From assembly GCA_031418035.1 (NCBI GenBank), contig JANOWU010000037.1, positions 873 to 64,872 of the forward strand: a stretch of DNA of 64,000 nucleotides. Direction: 5' to 3'. Under the pieces are notes generated by a model. The model saw nothing but the letters and a program-made list of their open reading frames with translations. It had not been told where the DNA came from and ran no database searches. A program made the position numbers and the translations under genes. The stretch is from Acidimicrobiia bacterium (GTDB taxonomy: Bacteria > Actinomycetota > Acidimicrobiia > Acidimicrobiales > JANYDT01). Shown here piece by piece: positions 8,709-18,834 of this stretch (position 1 is its first letter; every line of letters begins with the position of its first letter).

Positions 8709-8865
8709 TCCCGACTCGACCGATTTTGAAGGCGGGCGGAAGTCGCCTGAACACGTCAACTGATCGGTTGGAAAGAATCAACCCGAATTCGTCGCGCTAG
8801 TCTCCTCTCCACCTACGGGATCGAATCACCTGGTTCGTCTCGCAAGCCCACCACCAGGAGGATGT

Positions 8866-9927
8866 ATGAAAGCAACCCGGAAGGCTCTCGCCACGCTGGC
8901 GTTCGCCACCGCGATCGCCGTGGCATTTAGCCCCGTCGCCGACGCAGCAAAGAAGACCACCAAGAAGAAGACCACCGCCAAGAAGGCCGCCACCCAGTCG
9001 GTTGGCCTCCTGTTCGACATCACGGGTCGTGGCGACAAGTCGTTCAACGACGCCGCCGCTGCCGGTTTCGACAAGGCCAAGGCTGAGTTCTCAAAGGCGA
9101 AGTTCACCGAGTCAGCGCCCACTGGCGACGCTGACCGACCAGAGCGTGTGAAGACCCTTATCTCGCAGAAGACCGGCATCATCGTGTGCGTAGGCTTCCT
9201 GTGGACCAAGGACTGCGGCGCCGCTGCCAAGGCCAACCCCACAACGGCGTTCGCCATCATCGACGACGTCATCGATTCGCCGAACGCCGTCTCGCTGTTG
9301 TTCTCCGAAGAGCAGGGTAGCTACCTCGTGGGCTACGCCGCTGGTCTCAAGTCCAAGTCGGGCAAGGTTGGCTTCATCGGTGGCGTCCGCACCGACGGTA
9401 TCGGCAAGTTCGAAGCTGGCTTCGCCGCTGGCGCGAAGGCTGCCAACCCGAAGGTGACCGTTGAGTCGAAGTACGCAACCGAGCCGCCGGACTTCTCGGG
9501 CTTCAACGACCCGGCCAAGGGCAAGACCATTGCCAAGGCCATGTTCGAAAGCGGCATCGACGTCGTGTACCACGCTGCTGGTGGAACCGGCGCTGGCCTC
9601 TTCGCCGCCGCCAAGGAATCGGGCAAAAAGCCGGGAGAACTCTGGACGATCGGCGTCGACTCAGACCAGTACAACTCGGTCAAGCCGGAGAACGGTCAGG
9701 AGTTCATCCTCACCTCGATGCTCAAGCGTGTCGACGTTGCGACCTACGAGGCAATCAAGGCCTACGCCGCCGGTAAGCCGTTGACCGGAAAGCAGCAGTT
9801 CGACCTCAAGCGTGACGGCGTTGGCTATGCAACGTCCAACGCAGCGATCAACGACATCAAGGACAAACTCGAAGCGGTCAAGGCCGACATCGTGGCCGGC
9901 AAGATCGTCGTTCCGACCAAGCCGTAA
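8866..9927 (+). CDS. BMP-family ABC transporter substrate-binding protein (nucleoside-binding, PnrA/Med-like)
   Basis: Has a signal peptide. GLLFDITGRGDKSFNDAA... and the later GFIGG...F..GF..G pattern are typical of the basic-membrane-protein family. The gene is followed by matching ABC components. Confidence 0.85.
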   Translation: MKATRKALATLAFATAIAVAFSPVADAAKKTTKKKTTAKKAATQSVGLLFDITGRGDKSFNDAAAAGFDKAKAEFSKAKFTESAPTGDADRPERVKTLISQKTGIIVCVGFLWTKDCGAAAKANPTTAFAIIDDVIDSPNAVSLLFSEEQGSYLVGYAAGLKSKSGKVGFIGGVRTDGIGKFEAGFAAGAKAANPKVTVESKYATEPPDFSGFNDPAKGKTIAKAMFESGIDVVYHAAGGTGAGLFAAAKESGKKPGELWTIGVDSDQYNSVKPENGQEFILTSMLKRVDVATYEAIKAYAAGKPLTGKQQFDLKRDGVGYATSNAAINDIKDKLEAVKADIVAGKIVVPTKP

Positions 9928-9984
9928 GGCAAAAGCAACGAACAAACCCTTCGACACGGATGAACTCCGTGTTGCTTCACTCCG

Positions 9985-10020
9985 AAAGTGCCGGACCGTT
10001 GAGGTCCGGCACTTTTCGTT
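9985..10020 (+). terminator. Intrinsic terminator/attenuator hairpin after the substrate-binding protein gene
   Basis: Perfect 13-bp stem aaagtgccggacc / ggtccggcacttt with loop gttga, followed by tcgtt. It lies inside the 5' extension of track ORF 9960..11588, which argues for a later ATPase start. Confidence 0.55.
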
Positions 10021-10037
10021 CTGCTAAGAATTGGGAC

Positions 10038-11588
10038 GTGTCTCGCCTCGATGTGCAATCTGCGCCAACGGCGATCGAACTTCGTGGCATCGTAAAGCGC
10101 TTTCCAGGTGTAGTTGCCAACAATGGCGTGAACCTCACGGTCCGACACGGCACCATTCACGCGATCATCGGTGAGAACGGTGCCGGAAAATCGACGCTCA
10201 TGAAAACGCTCTACGGAGCCCACCAGCCCGATGAGGGCACCATCAAGGTGAATGGCGTAGAGCAACGGTTCAGGTCCCCGCGTGATGCCATCGCCGCCGG
10301 CATCGGCATGGTCTTCCAGCATTTCATGCTTGCCGACAATCTCACCGTGTGGGAGAACGTAGTGCTGGGCGACGAACCGGGTTCCGGTCTGAAACTGAAC
10401 CGCAAGGCCGCCCGCACAAAGATACGTGAACTTAGTGATCGTTACGGTCTTCGCGTCGACGCCGATGCCGTGATCGGAGACATGGGCGTCGGGGATCGCC
10501 AACGAGTAGAGATTCTCAAAGTGCTCTATCGCGGTGCCACGCTGATCATCTTGGATGAACCGACGGCCGTACTCGTCCCCCAGGAAGTCCAGGAACTGTT
10601 CAAGTCCCTCCGCGAGCTCGTGGCGAACGGAACCACCGTGTTGTTCATCTCGCACAAGCTCGACGAAGTCCTCTCCGTCGCCGACTCGATCACCGTGATC
10701 CGGGCGGGCAAAACCGTGGCCGAGGTCGATGACCCCACGACCGTTACCGCCTCGGATCTCGCCGAACTCATGGTCGGCAGCGAGCTCCCCTCGCCGGCCA
10801 CTACGGACTCCACGGTGCGTCCTGAGGAGGCGCTGGTGTTGTCCGGGTTGACCCTTCGTCGCGGCAATCTGGCCGTGCTCGACGACATCAGCATCCGGGT
10901 CCGCAAAGGCGAGATCGTCGGCATCGCCGGCGTCGAGGGCAATGGTCAGACCGAGCTCCTCGAATGCGTACTGGGTACCGAGAGTTTCGACACCGGTCGA
11001 ATCGAACTCGGTGGGCAGGACATGAGCGGGGTGAGCACCCGGACGCGCCGCGAGCAGGGGCTCGGGTACATTCCCGAGGATCGCCACCACGACGGTGTCA
11101 TGCTCAGCGCGCCGCTCTGGGAGAACGTTGCGCTCGGCCATCAAACGATGGCACCAGCCGCACGCGGTCCATGGATCGACCGTGAATCATTACGTACACA
11201 TACTGAATCCGTGATCGAGCAGTTCGACGTCCGCACACCCAGTGCCGACGTGGCGTGTTACGCCCTTTCCGGCGGCAATCAACAAAAGCTCATCGTCGGT
11301 CGCGAGATGCTCTCGAAGCCGAAGGTTCTCATCGCCGCCCACCCGACACGAGGCATCGACGTTGGTGCTCAAGCTGCGGTGTGGCAATCGCTTCGCGTCG
11401 CCCGCTCCGAGGGTCTCGGCGTTCTCCTTGTTTCGGCTGACCTTGACGAACTCATCGGACTTTCCGACACCCTGCTGGTCATCTTGCGCGGAAGGATCGT
11501 CGCCCAACTCGATCCGGCGACGGTCACGCCCATCGAACTCGGTTCGTACATGACCGGCGCGAAGAGCACCGAAGCGAAGGCCTCATGA
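10038..11588 (+). CDS. ABC transporter ATP-binding protein with two fused ATPase domains (nucleoside/sugar type)
   Basis: Walker A GENGAGKST, signature LSGGNQQK, and Walker B LLVSADLDE in the second half. I chose the GTG start at 10038 (alternative 10053), downstream of the hairpin. Confidence 0.85.
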   Translation: MSRLDVQSAPTAIELRGIVKRFPGVVANNGVNLTVRHGTIHAIIGENGAGKSTLMKTLYGAHQPDEGTIKVNGVEQRFRSPRDAIAAGIGMVFQHFMLADNLTVWENVVLGDEPGSGLKLNRKAARTKIRELSDRYGLRVDADAVIGDMGVGDRQRVEILKVLYRGATLIILDEPTAVLVPQEVQELFKSLRELVANGTTVLFISHKLDEVLSVADSITVIRAGKTVAEVDDPTTVTASDLAELMVGSELPSPATTDSTVRPEEALVLSGLTLRRGNLAVLDDISIRVRKGEIVGIAGVEGNGQTELLECVLGTESFDTGRIELGGQDMSGVSTRTRREQGLGYIPEDRHHDGVMLSAPLWENVALGHQTMAPAARGPWIDRESLRTHTESVIEQFDVRTPSADVACYALSGGNQQKLIVGREMLSKPKVLIAAHPTRGIDVGAQAAVWQSLRVARSEGLGVLLVSADLDELIGLSDTLLVILRGRIVAQLDPATVTPIELGSYMTGAKSTEAKAS

Positions 11589-12706
11589 AGCCTGTGCAGA
11601 TCTGGCGAGCCATGAGCGCCCCGCTCATGGCGTTGGCACTTTCCCTCATCGTGGCGACGTTCGCCCTCCTGGTTGCGGGCCACAACCCGTTCAATGCGCT
11701 GTCGTCCATGTGGGGAAATCTGAATGGCACCGACGAACTCGTCACCGTCGTGAACTACGCATCTCGGTACTACGTCATGGGGGCCGCCGTCGCCATCGGT
11801 TTCAAGATGAATCTGTTCAACATCGGCGCGAACGGTCAGTATCAGGTTGCTGCGCTCTTCGCCGGTGCAGTCGGTGGATGGTTGCGGCTCCCGGGGCCGA
11901 TCAACATCGCGCTGATCATTCTCGTTGCGATGATCGCCGGTGGTGCGTGGGCCTTCATTCCGGGCGTCCTCAACGTCACGCGGAACGTGAACATCGTTGT
12001 GGCCACGATCATGATGAACGGTATCGGTGCTGGGTTGATCGGCTACCTCCTTCGGACCAAATTCCGAGACAATTCGGACTTCAACACGGCTCACACGCTG
12101 CCGTTGCCACCAGAAAGCCGTATGCCCCATCTCAACCGTTTACTACGCGCGCTTGGTTTTCACCTTCCCGATCAGACGTTCTTTCACAGTTTCGTGTTGA
12201 TCGCCATGGTGATCGGTGTCGCGTTCTACGTGCTCATCTATCGCACCCGGTTTGGCTTCGACCTTCGTTCATCGGGTCTGAATGCCGCGGCGGCACGCTC
12301 AAGTGGTGTGGACCCCAAACGGATGGTGCTCACGACGATGACCATTTCGGGCGCAGTGGCCGGCCTCGCCGGCATGTCGCTCCTCCTCGCCGACCAATAC
12401 GAGTACGGGGATCGCTTCCCCACGTTGCTCGGCTTCACCGGCATCGCGGTCGCCCTGCTCGGTCGGAACTCGCCGGGTGGCATTGTCTTCTCCGCACTGG
12501 TGCTCGCGGCCATCGAGCAAGGAGCCCGTGGCCTGTCCGGGGTGGGCATTCCACAAGAGATCGGACAGATCCTCCAGGGGACGCTCCTCGTGAGTGCCGT
12601 GATCGCCTACGAAGTCGCCCGTCGGCGCAACCAGGCGGCGACGATTCGCGAGGCGGCCCTACGAACGGCGTCGGCTCAGGTCGTGGCACCGATGGGCGCA
12701 TCGTGA
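11585..12706 (+). CDS. ABC transporter permease (BMP/nucleoside system)
   Basis: 373 aa polytopic hydrophobic protein. Its ATGA-type overlap with the ATPase stop suggests operon coupling. Confidence 0.85.
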   Translation: MKPVQIWRAMSAPLMALALSLIVATFALLVAGHNPFNALSSMWGNLNGTDELVTVVNYASRYYVMGAAVAIGFKMNLFNIGANGQYQVAALFAGAVGGWLRLPGPINIALIILVAMIAGGAWAFIPGVLNVTRNVNIVVATIMMNGIGAGLIGYLLRTKFRDNSDFNTAHTLPLPPESRMPHLNRLLRALGFHLPDQTFFHSFVLIAMVIGVAFYVLIYRTRFGFDLRSSGLNAAAARSSGVDPKRMVLTTMTISGAVAGLAGMSLLLADQYEYGDRFPTLLGFTGIAVALLGRNSPGGIVFSALVLAAIEQGARGLSGVGIPQEIGQILQGTLLVSAVIAYEVARRRNQAATIREAALRTASAQVVAPMGAS

Positions 12707-14013
12707 GTGCCCTCACGGCCTCGCCACCCTCGCCGGTGAAGTCCCGATCGCCGTGGGGTATGGCAACACGTTCGCCGGCGATGACCGGGCTCGCCCTGTC
12801 CGCAGTCACGATGCTGCTGCTCTCCTCGGCGCGCGTCTTGGGCGATGCTCCCGGTTTGACCGGCAGTGGCGCATTTGGTGGCGCCCTCGGCTTGGCCGTT
12901 CCCGTTGCGCTGGCCGGTCTCGGTGGGCTCGTTGCCGAGCGCGTCGGAATCATCAACATCGGACTCCAGGGCATGCTTGTTCTGGGCACATGGGGTGCCG
13001 GCTTTTTCGGCTGGAAGTTCGGGCCGTGGGGGGCATTGCTGGGCGGGGCGTTCATGGGAGCCCTCGGCGGACTCCTCCACGCCGTCACCACGATCACCTT
13101 CGGTGTCGAGCAGGCCGTCTCCGGCGTCGCCATCAACCTGCTCGCCCCTGGTGTCGCCCGCTTCCTGTCCAGCGTGCTGTTCAACACCGGTTCCGGCCTC
13201 GCCGATGGCGGTTCGCTGACCGACTCACCTCCCGTCGGCAACCTCGGAAAGTTCACGATGCCGTTCCTCTCCGGTGGCCGCCTGGGGAGTTGGCGAACGC
13301 CCGACCCACTCGGTTGGCTGGAGAAACGCAAGTGGTTCTTCATAGGTGACTGCGCCTCGCTGCTTCGCGGCATCACGCGCGATCTGGCGATCGAGACGAT
13401 CCTCTGCCTCGCCCTGTTTCCCATTGCGACCTATGTGCTGTGGCGCACCCCACTCGGTTTGCGCCTCCGCAGTTCCGGCGAGAAGCCCAGTGCTGCGGAG
13501 TCCCTCGGTGTCAACGTCATTCGCCTTCGCTACGGTGCCGTGATCGTCTCGGGCGCGCTGGCAGGCCTCGGCGGTGCGTGGCTGGTCACGAACGTCGGCA
13601 AGTACCAGCAGGGGCAGGAGGGACTGCGCGGCTTTCTTGGTCTCGCCGCCGTGATCTTCGGCAACTGGAAGCCCGCGGGAGTATTTGCCGGAGCCCTTCT
13701 CTTTCAATTCACGGAATCGGTTCGTCTGCAGATCGGCGATGAACCGGCGCGAGCCTTTGTTCTGGCGCTCGGTTTCGGCCTCGCCGTCACGGCACTGTGG
13801 CAATTCAGCAAGCGGGCAACGCTGGCCGGATCCGTACTTGTACTTACGACTGCCGGGACCATCGGCTACTTCTTCATCACCAATCGGGTCGACGACAAGC
13901 TGGCATCGACGTTCCCGTACATCATCACCCTCCTGGTGCTGTTGTTCTCGTCGGATCGTTTGAGACCGCCTGCCGCGGCAGGCATACCGTGGTTCAAGGG
14001 TCAAAGTTCGTGA
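12703..14013 (+). CDS. ABC transporter permease (second permease of the BMP/nucleoside system)
   Basis: This is the in-frame C-terminal part of track ORF 11710..14013. A GTG at 12703 overlaps the upstream stop (GTGA). The hydrophobic sequence GIINIGLQGMLVLGTWGAGFFG is typical of this permease family. Confidence 0.8.
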   Translation: MSALTASPPSPVKSRSPWGMATRSPAMTGLALSAVTMLLLSSARVLGDAPGLTGSGAFGGALGLAVPVALAGLGGLVAERVGIINIGLQGMLVLGTWGAGFFGWKFGPWGALLGGAFMGALGGLLHAVTTITFGVEQAVSGVAINLLAPGVARFLSSVLFNTGSGLADGGSLTDSPPVGNLGKFTMPFLSGGRLGSWRTPDPLGWLEKRKWFFIGDCASLLRGITRDLAIETILCLALFPIATYVLWRTPLGLRLRSSGEKPSAAESLGVNVIRLRYGAVIVSGALAGLGGAWLVTNVGKYQQGQEGLRGFLGLAAVIFGNWKPAGVFAGALLFQFTESVRLQIGDEPARAFVLALGFGLAVTALWQFSKRATLAGSVLVLTTAGTIGYFFITNRVDDKLASTFPYIITLLVLLFSSDRLRPPAAAGIPWFKGQSS

Positions 14014-14405
14014 CGTCACCGATCGATTGGGACGCGCTGCGCCTCGCTGCTCGTGGCGCCACCGCGCACTCCTACGCCCCGTATTCGAACTTGCAGGTCG
14101 GTGTCGCTGCGTTGTTGGCCGACGGACGAGTCATTACGGGGTGCAACGTGGAGAACGCATCCTTCGGACTGACCTTCTGCGCGGAGATCACGATGATCGG
14201 GCGGCTACGCATGGAAGGCGTGTCGCCGCTCGTCGCCGTCGCCGCCGCCGATCAATTCGACCGTCAACTCACGCCGTGTGGACGCTGCCGTCAGATCCTC
14301 ATGGAACATGGAGGCCCGGACCTCATGGTCGACGGCCCGAGCGGGCCCCGCCCGATGCGTGAACTTCTCCCCGAATGGTTCGGCCCGGAGAAGCTCCCGA
14401 GCTAG
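14010..14405 (+). CDS. cdd: Cytidine deaminase
   Basis: Zinc-binding motifs CAE (FCAEITMIG) and PCGRCRQ. A GTG at 14010 overlaps the permease stop (GTGA). Confidence 0.85.
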   Translation: MTSPIDWDALRLAARGATAHSYAPYSNLQVGVAALLADGRVITGCNVENASFGLTFCAEITMIGRLRMEGVSPLVAVAAADQFDRQLTPCGRCRQILMEHGGPDLMVDGPSGPRPMRELLPEWFGPEKLPS

Positions 14406-14815
14406 CTGCTGCTGGTGTGCTCGCGGTCGAGTGTCCCGATGACGGCGTCGACCTCGATCTCGACCTTCCATGCCGGGTTCAACAGCGCGGCCACCACGAT
14501 CGTCGTGTTGGCCGGACGCACCTCGGTGAACAACTCGCCGTGGACTTTCTCAACCGCGTAGGAGTCACGAGGATCCACGAGATAGATTCTGGTCCGCACG
14601 ACGTCGGCCAGGCTTCCGCCCGCTTCCATGAGCGCCTTCTCCACAATTTCGAAACACCGACGGACCTGCACCACCGGATCGGGGTTGACCTTGCCGTCGG
14701 GCCAGTTTGGCGTCGTGCCCGAGACGAACACCAGGTGGTCGACTCGCACCGCCCGCGAATAGCCAAGGATCAATTCATAGGGCAATCCGGACGAAATGTG
14801 CTGACGCATGGTCAT
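14402..14815 (-). CDS. RidA/YjgF/TdcF family protein
   Basis: 137 aa with a pattern typical of the YjgF family: VFVSGTTP...VRTRIYLVD...PANTTIVVAAL...VEIEVDAV. Confidence 0.8.
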   Translation of the reverse strand: MTMRQHISSGLPYELILGYSRAVRVDHLVFVSGTTPNWPDGKVNPDPVVQVRRCFEIVEKALMEAGGSLADVVRTRIYLVDPRDSYAVEKVHGELFTEVRPANTTIVVAALLNPAWKVEIEVDAVIGTLDREHTSSS

Positions 14816-14966
14816 AGTGACCCAAGGTTAGTGCTGCGACGTACCGAAACCGGTGTTGGTACGCGAACTGACGACCTGAAGAATCGATCTGACGATCCGT
14901 TCAACGAGTGTGGCATGTCACGCCCAAAGTCCTCGACCCAATCACCACTCACTGTAAGAATGGGTC

Positions 14967-16070
14967 ATGTCACTCTCTCCGGCCCCATTGACCATCGACG
15001 AGATCCGTGCGGCGCCCAAGGTGCTTCTGCACGACCACCTCGATGGCGGACTGCGACCGGCAACGATTGTCGCCCTGGCCGCCGAGCAGGGCTACAAGAA
15101 GCTTCCGACCACCGATGTCGACGAACTCGAGCAGTGGATCCGACGCGGCGCTGACCGCCTCAGCCTTCCGCTGTATCTCGAGACCTTCGAGCACACGACG
15201 GGCGTATTGCAGGAACGAGACGCTCTGGTTCGTGTCGCATCGGAGTGCGTGCAGGATCTCGCCGAGGACGGCGTTGTGTATGCCGAAGTGCGCTACGCCC
15301 CCGAGCAGCACCTCGAAGGCGGCCTGAGCCTCGATGAGGTTGTCATGGCCGTCGAAGAGGGCATGCAGCACGGGGTGAAAGCGGCGGCCCAGAACGGCCA
15401 GGACATCGTGATCGGCACGCTGCTGTGCGCCATGCGCCAGGCGGCCCAGTCGACCGAGATCGCGCAGCTCGCAATCCGCCACCGCGACGATCATGTGGTC
15501 GGTTTCGACATCGCCGGGCCCGAGAACGGATTTCCTCCGTCACGTCACTCGGCCGCCTTCGAGCTCGTTCATGAGGCGAACTTTCACACCACCATTCACG
15601 CCGGCGAAGCATTCGGTTTGCCGAGTATTCATGAAGCACTCCAGTACTGCGGCGCCGAACGTCTGGGTCATGGTGTGCGTATCGTCGACGACATCGTCGA
15701 CAACGGCGACGGCACCTACAAGCTCGGGCAGTTGGCGAACTATGTGCGCGACACGCGGGTGCCACTCGAGATGTGTCCCACGTCGAACGTGCACACCGGG
15801 GCGGCACCGTCGATCGCACAACATCCGATCGACCTTTTGAAGCGATTGCGTTTCCGGGTCACGGTGAACACCGACAACCGCCTGATGAGCGGCTGCACGT
15901 TGACATCGGAGTTTGCTGCCCTCGTTGAGACGTTCGGTTACAACATGGCTGACATCTCGTGGTTCACCGTCAACGCGATGAAGAGTGCGTTCTGGCCCTT
16001 CGATGATCGTTTGCGAATCATCAACAACGTGATCAAACCGCGCTATGCAGAACTGATGGCGGCTCGCTGA
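14967..16070 (+). CDS. add: Adenosine deaminase
   Basis: LLHDHLDGGLRP, TIHAGE and the CPTSN...TVNTDN motifs are characteristic of adenosine deaminase. Confidence 0.9.
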   Translation: MSLSPAPLTIDEIRAAPKVLLHDHLDGGLRPATIVALAAEQGYKKLPTTDVDELEQWIRRGADRLSLPLYLETFEHTTGVLQERDALVRVASECVQDLAEDGVVYAEVRYAPEQHLEGGLSLDEVVMAVEEGMQHGVKAAAQNGQDIVIGTLLCAMRQAAQSTEIAQLAIRHRDDHVVGFDIAGPENGFPPSRHSAAFELVHEANFHTTIHAGEAFGLPSIHEALQYCGAERLGHGVRIVDDIVDNGDGTYKLGQLANYVRDTRVPLEMCPTSNVHTGAAPSIAQHPIDLLKRLRFRVTVNTDNRLMSGCTLTSEFAALVETFGYNMADISWFTVNAMKSAFWPFDDRLRIINNVIKPRYAELMAAR

Positions 16071-17103
16071 CGTCTTGGCGCTCCACGTTCGTTCGTGGAG
16101 TAAGGCCCCAAGCCTCCGCCACAAGTTCGAACGAGCGCATCCGATCCTCATGACGGTGCACGGCCGTGGTAATCATGAGTTCGTTGACGCTATGTACGCG
16201 TACTAGCTCGTCGAGTTGTTCGCACACCTGACTTGGCGTGCCGATGACGGCACTCCGCAGACGTTGCTCGATGAAGGCACGTTCTTGCACCGTGTAGGGG
16301 TAGTCACGGGCCTCTTCGGGCGTCGGCATCTGCGAGGGACGCCCGAGCCGCAGCCACAGGAATCCAAGGGCGCTTGCTGCGGCGAGAAATCGCGCATGCG
16401 ACTCCGTTTGCGCGCACACGACCGACACACCGATCATCGAATACGGCTCATCGAGAACCACCGACGGCGAAAACGTTGACCGGTACGTTTCCAGCGCGAG
16501 TTCGGTGCCACCCGTGCCGAAATGATGCGCGAACGAAAACGGAAGACCAAGCTGTCCGGCCATTTGTGCTCCGAAATCGCTCGAACCCAGCAACCAATAG
16601 GCCGGCTCGTTCCCGAGCCCAGGAACCGCTGTTATGCGCGCATAGGGATGATCGCTGGGGAAGGTCCCGTTGAAGAATGCTCGCAACTCCGCGAAGCGTT
16701 GCGGGAAGTCGTCGGACTCGGCAAGCCTGGTTCCGCGCAATGCTCGCGCCGTGACCTGATCCGTGCCCGGTGCTCGACCAAGGCCGAGATCAATACGCGG
16801 CCCGTGAATGGCCTCCAACATGCCGAACTGCTCGGCGATCGCGAGTGGCGCATGATTGGGAAGCATCACCCCACCACTGCCCAAACGGATCGTTGACGTG
16901 GCCATTGCGAGATGAGCCAGCAACACGGCCGGCGACGACGATGCGATCCCCGGCATACTGTGGTGTTCCGCAACCCAGTACCGGTTGTACCCAAGTTCCT
17001 CAGCGCGCTTTACGAGTGCGATCGAGTTACGCAGGGCATCGCCAACCGAGGAGCCACTCGGCACGGGGGCGAGGTCAAGGATCGAAAGGGGAACACGGGT
17101 CAC
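16033..17103 (-). CDS. LLM-class (luciferase-like) flavin-dependent oxidoreductase
   Basis: The N-terminus PLSILDLAPV...ELGYNRYWVAEHH is typical of luciferase-like monooxygenases. The 3' end overlaps add convergently by 38 nt. Confidence 0.85.
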   Translation of the reverse strand: MTRVPLSILDLAPVPSGSSVGDALRNSIALVKRAEELGYNRYWVAEHHSMPGIASSSPAVLLAHLAMATSTIRLGSGGVMLPNHAPLAIAEQFGMLEAIHGPRIDLGLGRAPGTDQVTARALRGTRLAESDDFPQRFAELRAFFNGTFPSDHPYARITAVPGLGNEPAYWLLGSSDFGAQMAGQLGLPFSFAHHFGTGGTELALETYRSTFSPSVVLDEPYSMIGVSVVCAQTESHARFLAAASALGFLWLRLGRPSQMPTPEEARDYPYTVQERAFIEQRLRSAVIGTPSQVCEQLDELVRVHSVNELMITTAVHRHEDRMRSFELVAEAWGLTPRTNVERQDVSEPPSVLHSAV

Positions 17104-17148
17104 CCACCCATACTGGTCCCTTTTGCCGCCAACACGAAACAGCGAGCG

Positions 17149-18834
17149 CTACTCCGCGCGGCCCAGAATCTCGGCCATCGAGGCACGCAGATCCGCAATC
17201 GACACGCCACCCTCATCGCCGTTTCGAGAGACCACCTCGTAGTAGACCTTGCACTTCGGCTCCGTGCCGCTCGGCCGAACGGTGACCCGGCCCACAGACC
17301 CCAGGCGCAAGATCAACACGTCCGACGCCGGGCTCTCCGTTGACACATCGCGCACCGAACTCACCGCCACGCCCGCGATCGACGTCGGCAGATGGCTACG
17401 AAGGCGATTCATCAGCGCCGCTTGTTGCTCGGCCGCGTTCGAGCCCTCGAAGCGCAACGACTGCTGCTGCGTTTCGTATCGGCCGTACTCATCGACGATC
17501 TCCGACAGCGCGTCGGCCAACGACGACCCGGCCGCTCGGCGAGTTGCTGCGAGGTCGGCGAGCACGAGGGCCGCGCTGAGCCCGTCCTTGTCGAGCACGA
17601 GCCCGCCGACGCTGTACCCCAGCGCTTCTTCGTAGGAGAGCACGTGCGTGAGCTCTGGGTGGGCGAGCACGTTGCGGGCGAGCCATTTGAACCCGGTCAG
17701 CGTTTCTCGGTACTGCACGCCTTGCTTGGCCGCCATGGCCTCGAGCAGCGACGACGACACGATCGTCGTGGCGACGAGACGGCTCGCGCCTTTGGAGCTC
17801 GTGACACGCAGAAGGTGCTGCGCGAGCAACCACCCCACTTCGTCGCCACGCAGTTGACGCCACCCACCGTCGACCGTTGCGTCGGGTATCGCCGCGGACA
17901 TCCGGTCCGCATCGGGATCGTTGGCAATGATCAGATCCGCATCGATTCGTCGGGCCAGTTGGAACGCCAGCTCGAGTGCTCCAGGCTCCTCGGGGTTCGG
18001 GAACGCGACGGTAGGAAATTCCGGATCGGGCTGCTGTTGCTCGACAACAGGCTCCACGTCGGTAAAGCCCGCGTCGTCGAAGATGCGAAGCATGGAGGCA
18101 CCGCCGACGCCGTGCATTGCGGTGTACACGATGCGCAGCTTGGCCCGCGCTGTCGAATCGGAAGTACGCGTATCAAGTGCCGCAACACCGGCGAAGTACG
18201 CCTCGATGACCGCATCGTCGACACGGTGAATGCGGGGATCGTTCGGGGCAGCGAGAACCGGTGCTTCTGACGAGGCGGCAACAGCGTCGGTCGCTGCAGC
18301 GATCTGCTCGTCCAACGGCGACACGATCTGCGGGCCGTCTCCCCAGTACACCTTGTAACCATTGTCCTGTGGCGGGTTGTGGCTCGCGGTGACCTGAACT
18401 CCCGCGGCACAACCGAGATGCGTCACGGCAAACGCCAGAACCGGCGTCGGAACCGTGTGCGCAAACACATGGACCGTGATCCCTTGGGCGGCGAGGACAC
18501 AGGCCGAGTCACTCGCGAAGGCGTCGCTCTTGTGACGGGCATCGAATCCAATGACGACGCCCCGCTCGCTGTAGTTCGGTTGTTCATCGGCGAGGATTCG
18601 AGCACCGAGACCGGCCGCGCTCTGGCGAACGACGAGTCGATTCATGCGGTCCGGACCGGCCCCGATGGCCCCGCGTAGCCCGGCGGTACCGAACGTCAGA
18701 CGTCCGCCGAAGCGATCTCGCAGCGCCACCAGATCTCGCGCGTCTACAAGCGCCGTAGCCTCGGCCACCGTGTCTGGATCCGGGTCATGGGCAATCCAGG
18801 CTCGGGCGACGTCGAGAAGTTGTTCGTCGGTCAT
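17149..18834 (-). CDS. Phospho-sugar mutase (alpha-D-phosphohexomutase family)
   Basis: Active-site loop TASHNPPQDNGYKVY. The start MTDEQ at 18834 forms an ATGA overlap with the upstream lipase stop. Confidence 0.85.
   Translation of the reverse strand: MTDEQLLDVARAWIAHDPDPDTVAEATALVDARDLVALRDRFGGRLTFGTAGLRGAIGAGPDRMNRLVVRQSAAGLGARILADEQPNYSERGVVIGFDARHKSDAFASDSACVLAAQGITVHVFAHTVPTPVLAFAVTHLGCAAGVQVTASHNPPQDNGYKVYWGDGPQIVSPLDEQIAAATDAVAASSEAPVLAAPNDPRIHRVDDAVIEAYFAGVAALDTRTSDSTARAKLRIVYTAMHGVGGASMLRIFDDAGFTDVEPVVEQQQPDPEFPTVAFPNPEEPGALELAFQLARRIDADLIIANDPDADRMSAAIPDATVDGGWRQLRGDEVGWLLAQHLLRVTSSKGASRLVATTIVSSSLLEAMAAKQGVQYRETLTGFKWLARNVLAHPELTHVLSYEEALGYSVGGLVLDKDGLSAALVLADLAATRRAAGSSLADALSEIVDEYGRYETQQQSLRFEGSNAAEQQAALMNRLRSHLPTSIAGVAVSSVRDVSTESPASDVLILRLGSVGRVTVRPSGTEPKCKVYYEVVSRNGDEGGVSIADLRASMAEILGRAE

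Noticed and set aside
8709-8865. A possible riboswitch/leader upstream of the BMP transporter operon, with hairpin CCTGGT...ACCAGG overlapping the SD.
   Set aside because: I could not match it to any riboswitch class I know (purine, 2'-dG, preQ1, ZTP) by eye. A single SD-proximal hairpin is weak evidence.
9960-10037. The ATG at 9960 as start of the ABC ATPase.
   Set aside because: The first 26 codons would be encoded by a perfect 13-bp-stem hairpin that looks like the terminator of the upstream gene. Conserved ATPase sequence begins after 10038/10053.
9825-11144. A 439-aa minus-strand ORF.
   Set aside because: It is antisense to the ABC ATPase gene, which has Walker and signature motifs.
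11710-12702. The 5' part of the 767-aa track ORF 11710..14013.
   Set aside because: It is an alternate frame over the first permease gene, with an Arg-rich sequence. The real second permease starts at GTG 12703 (GTGA junction).
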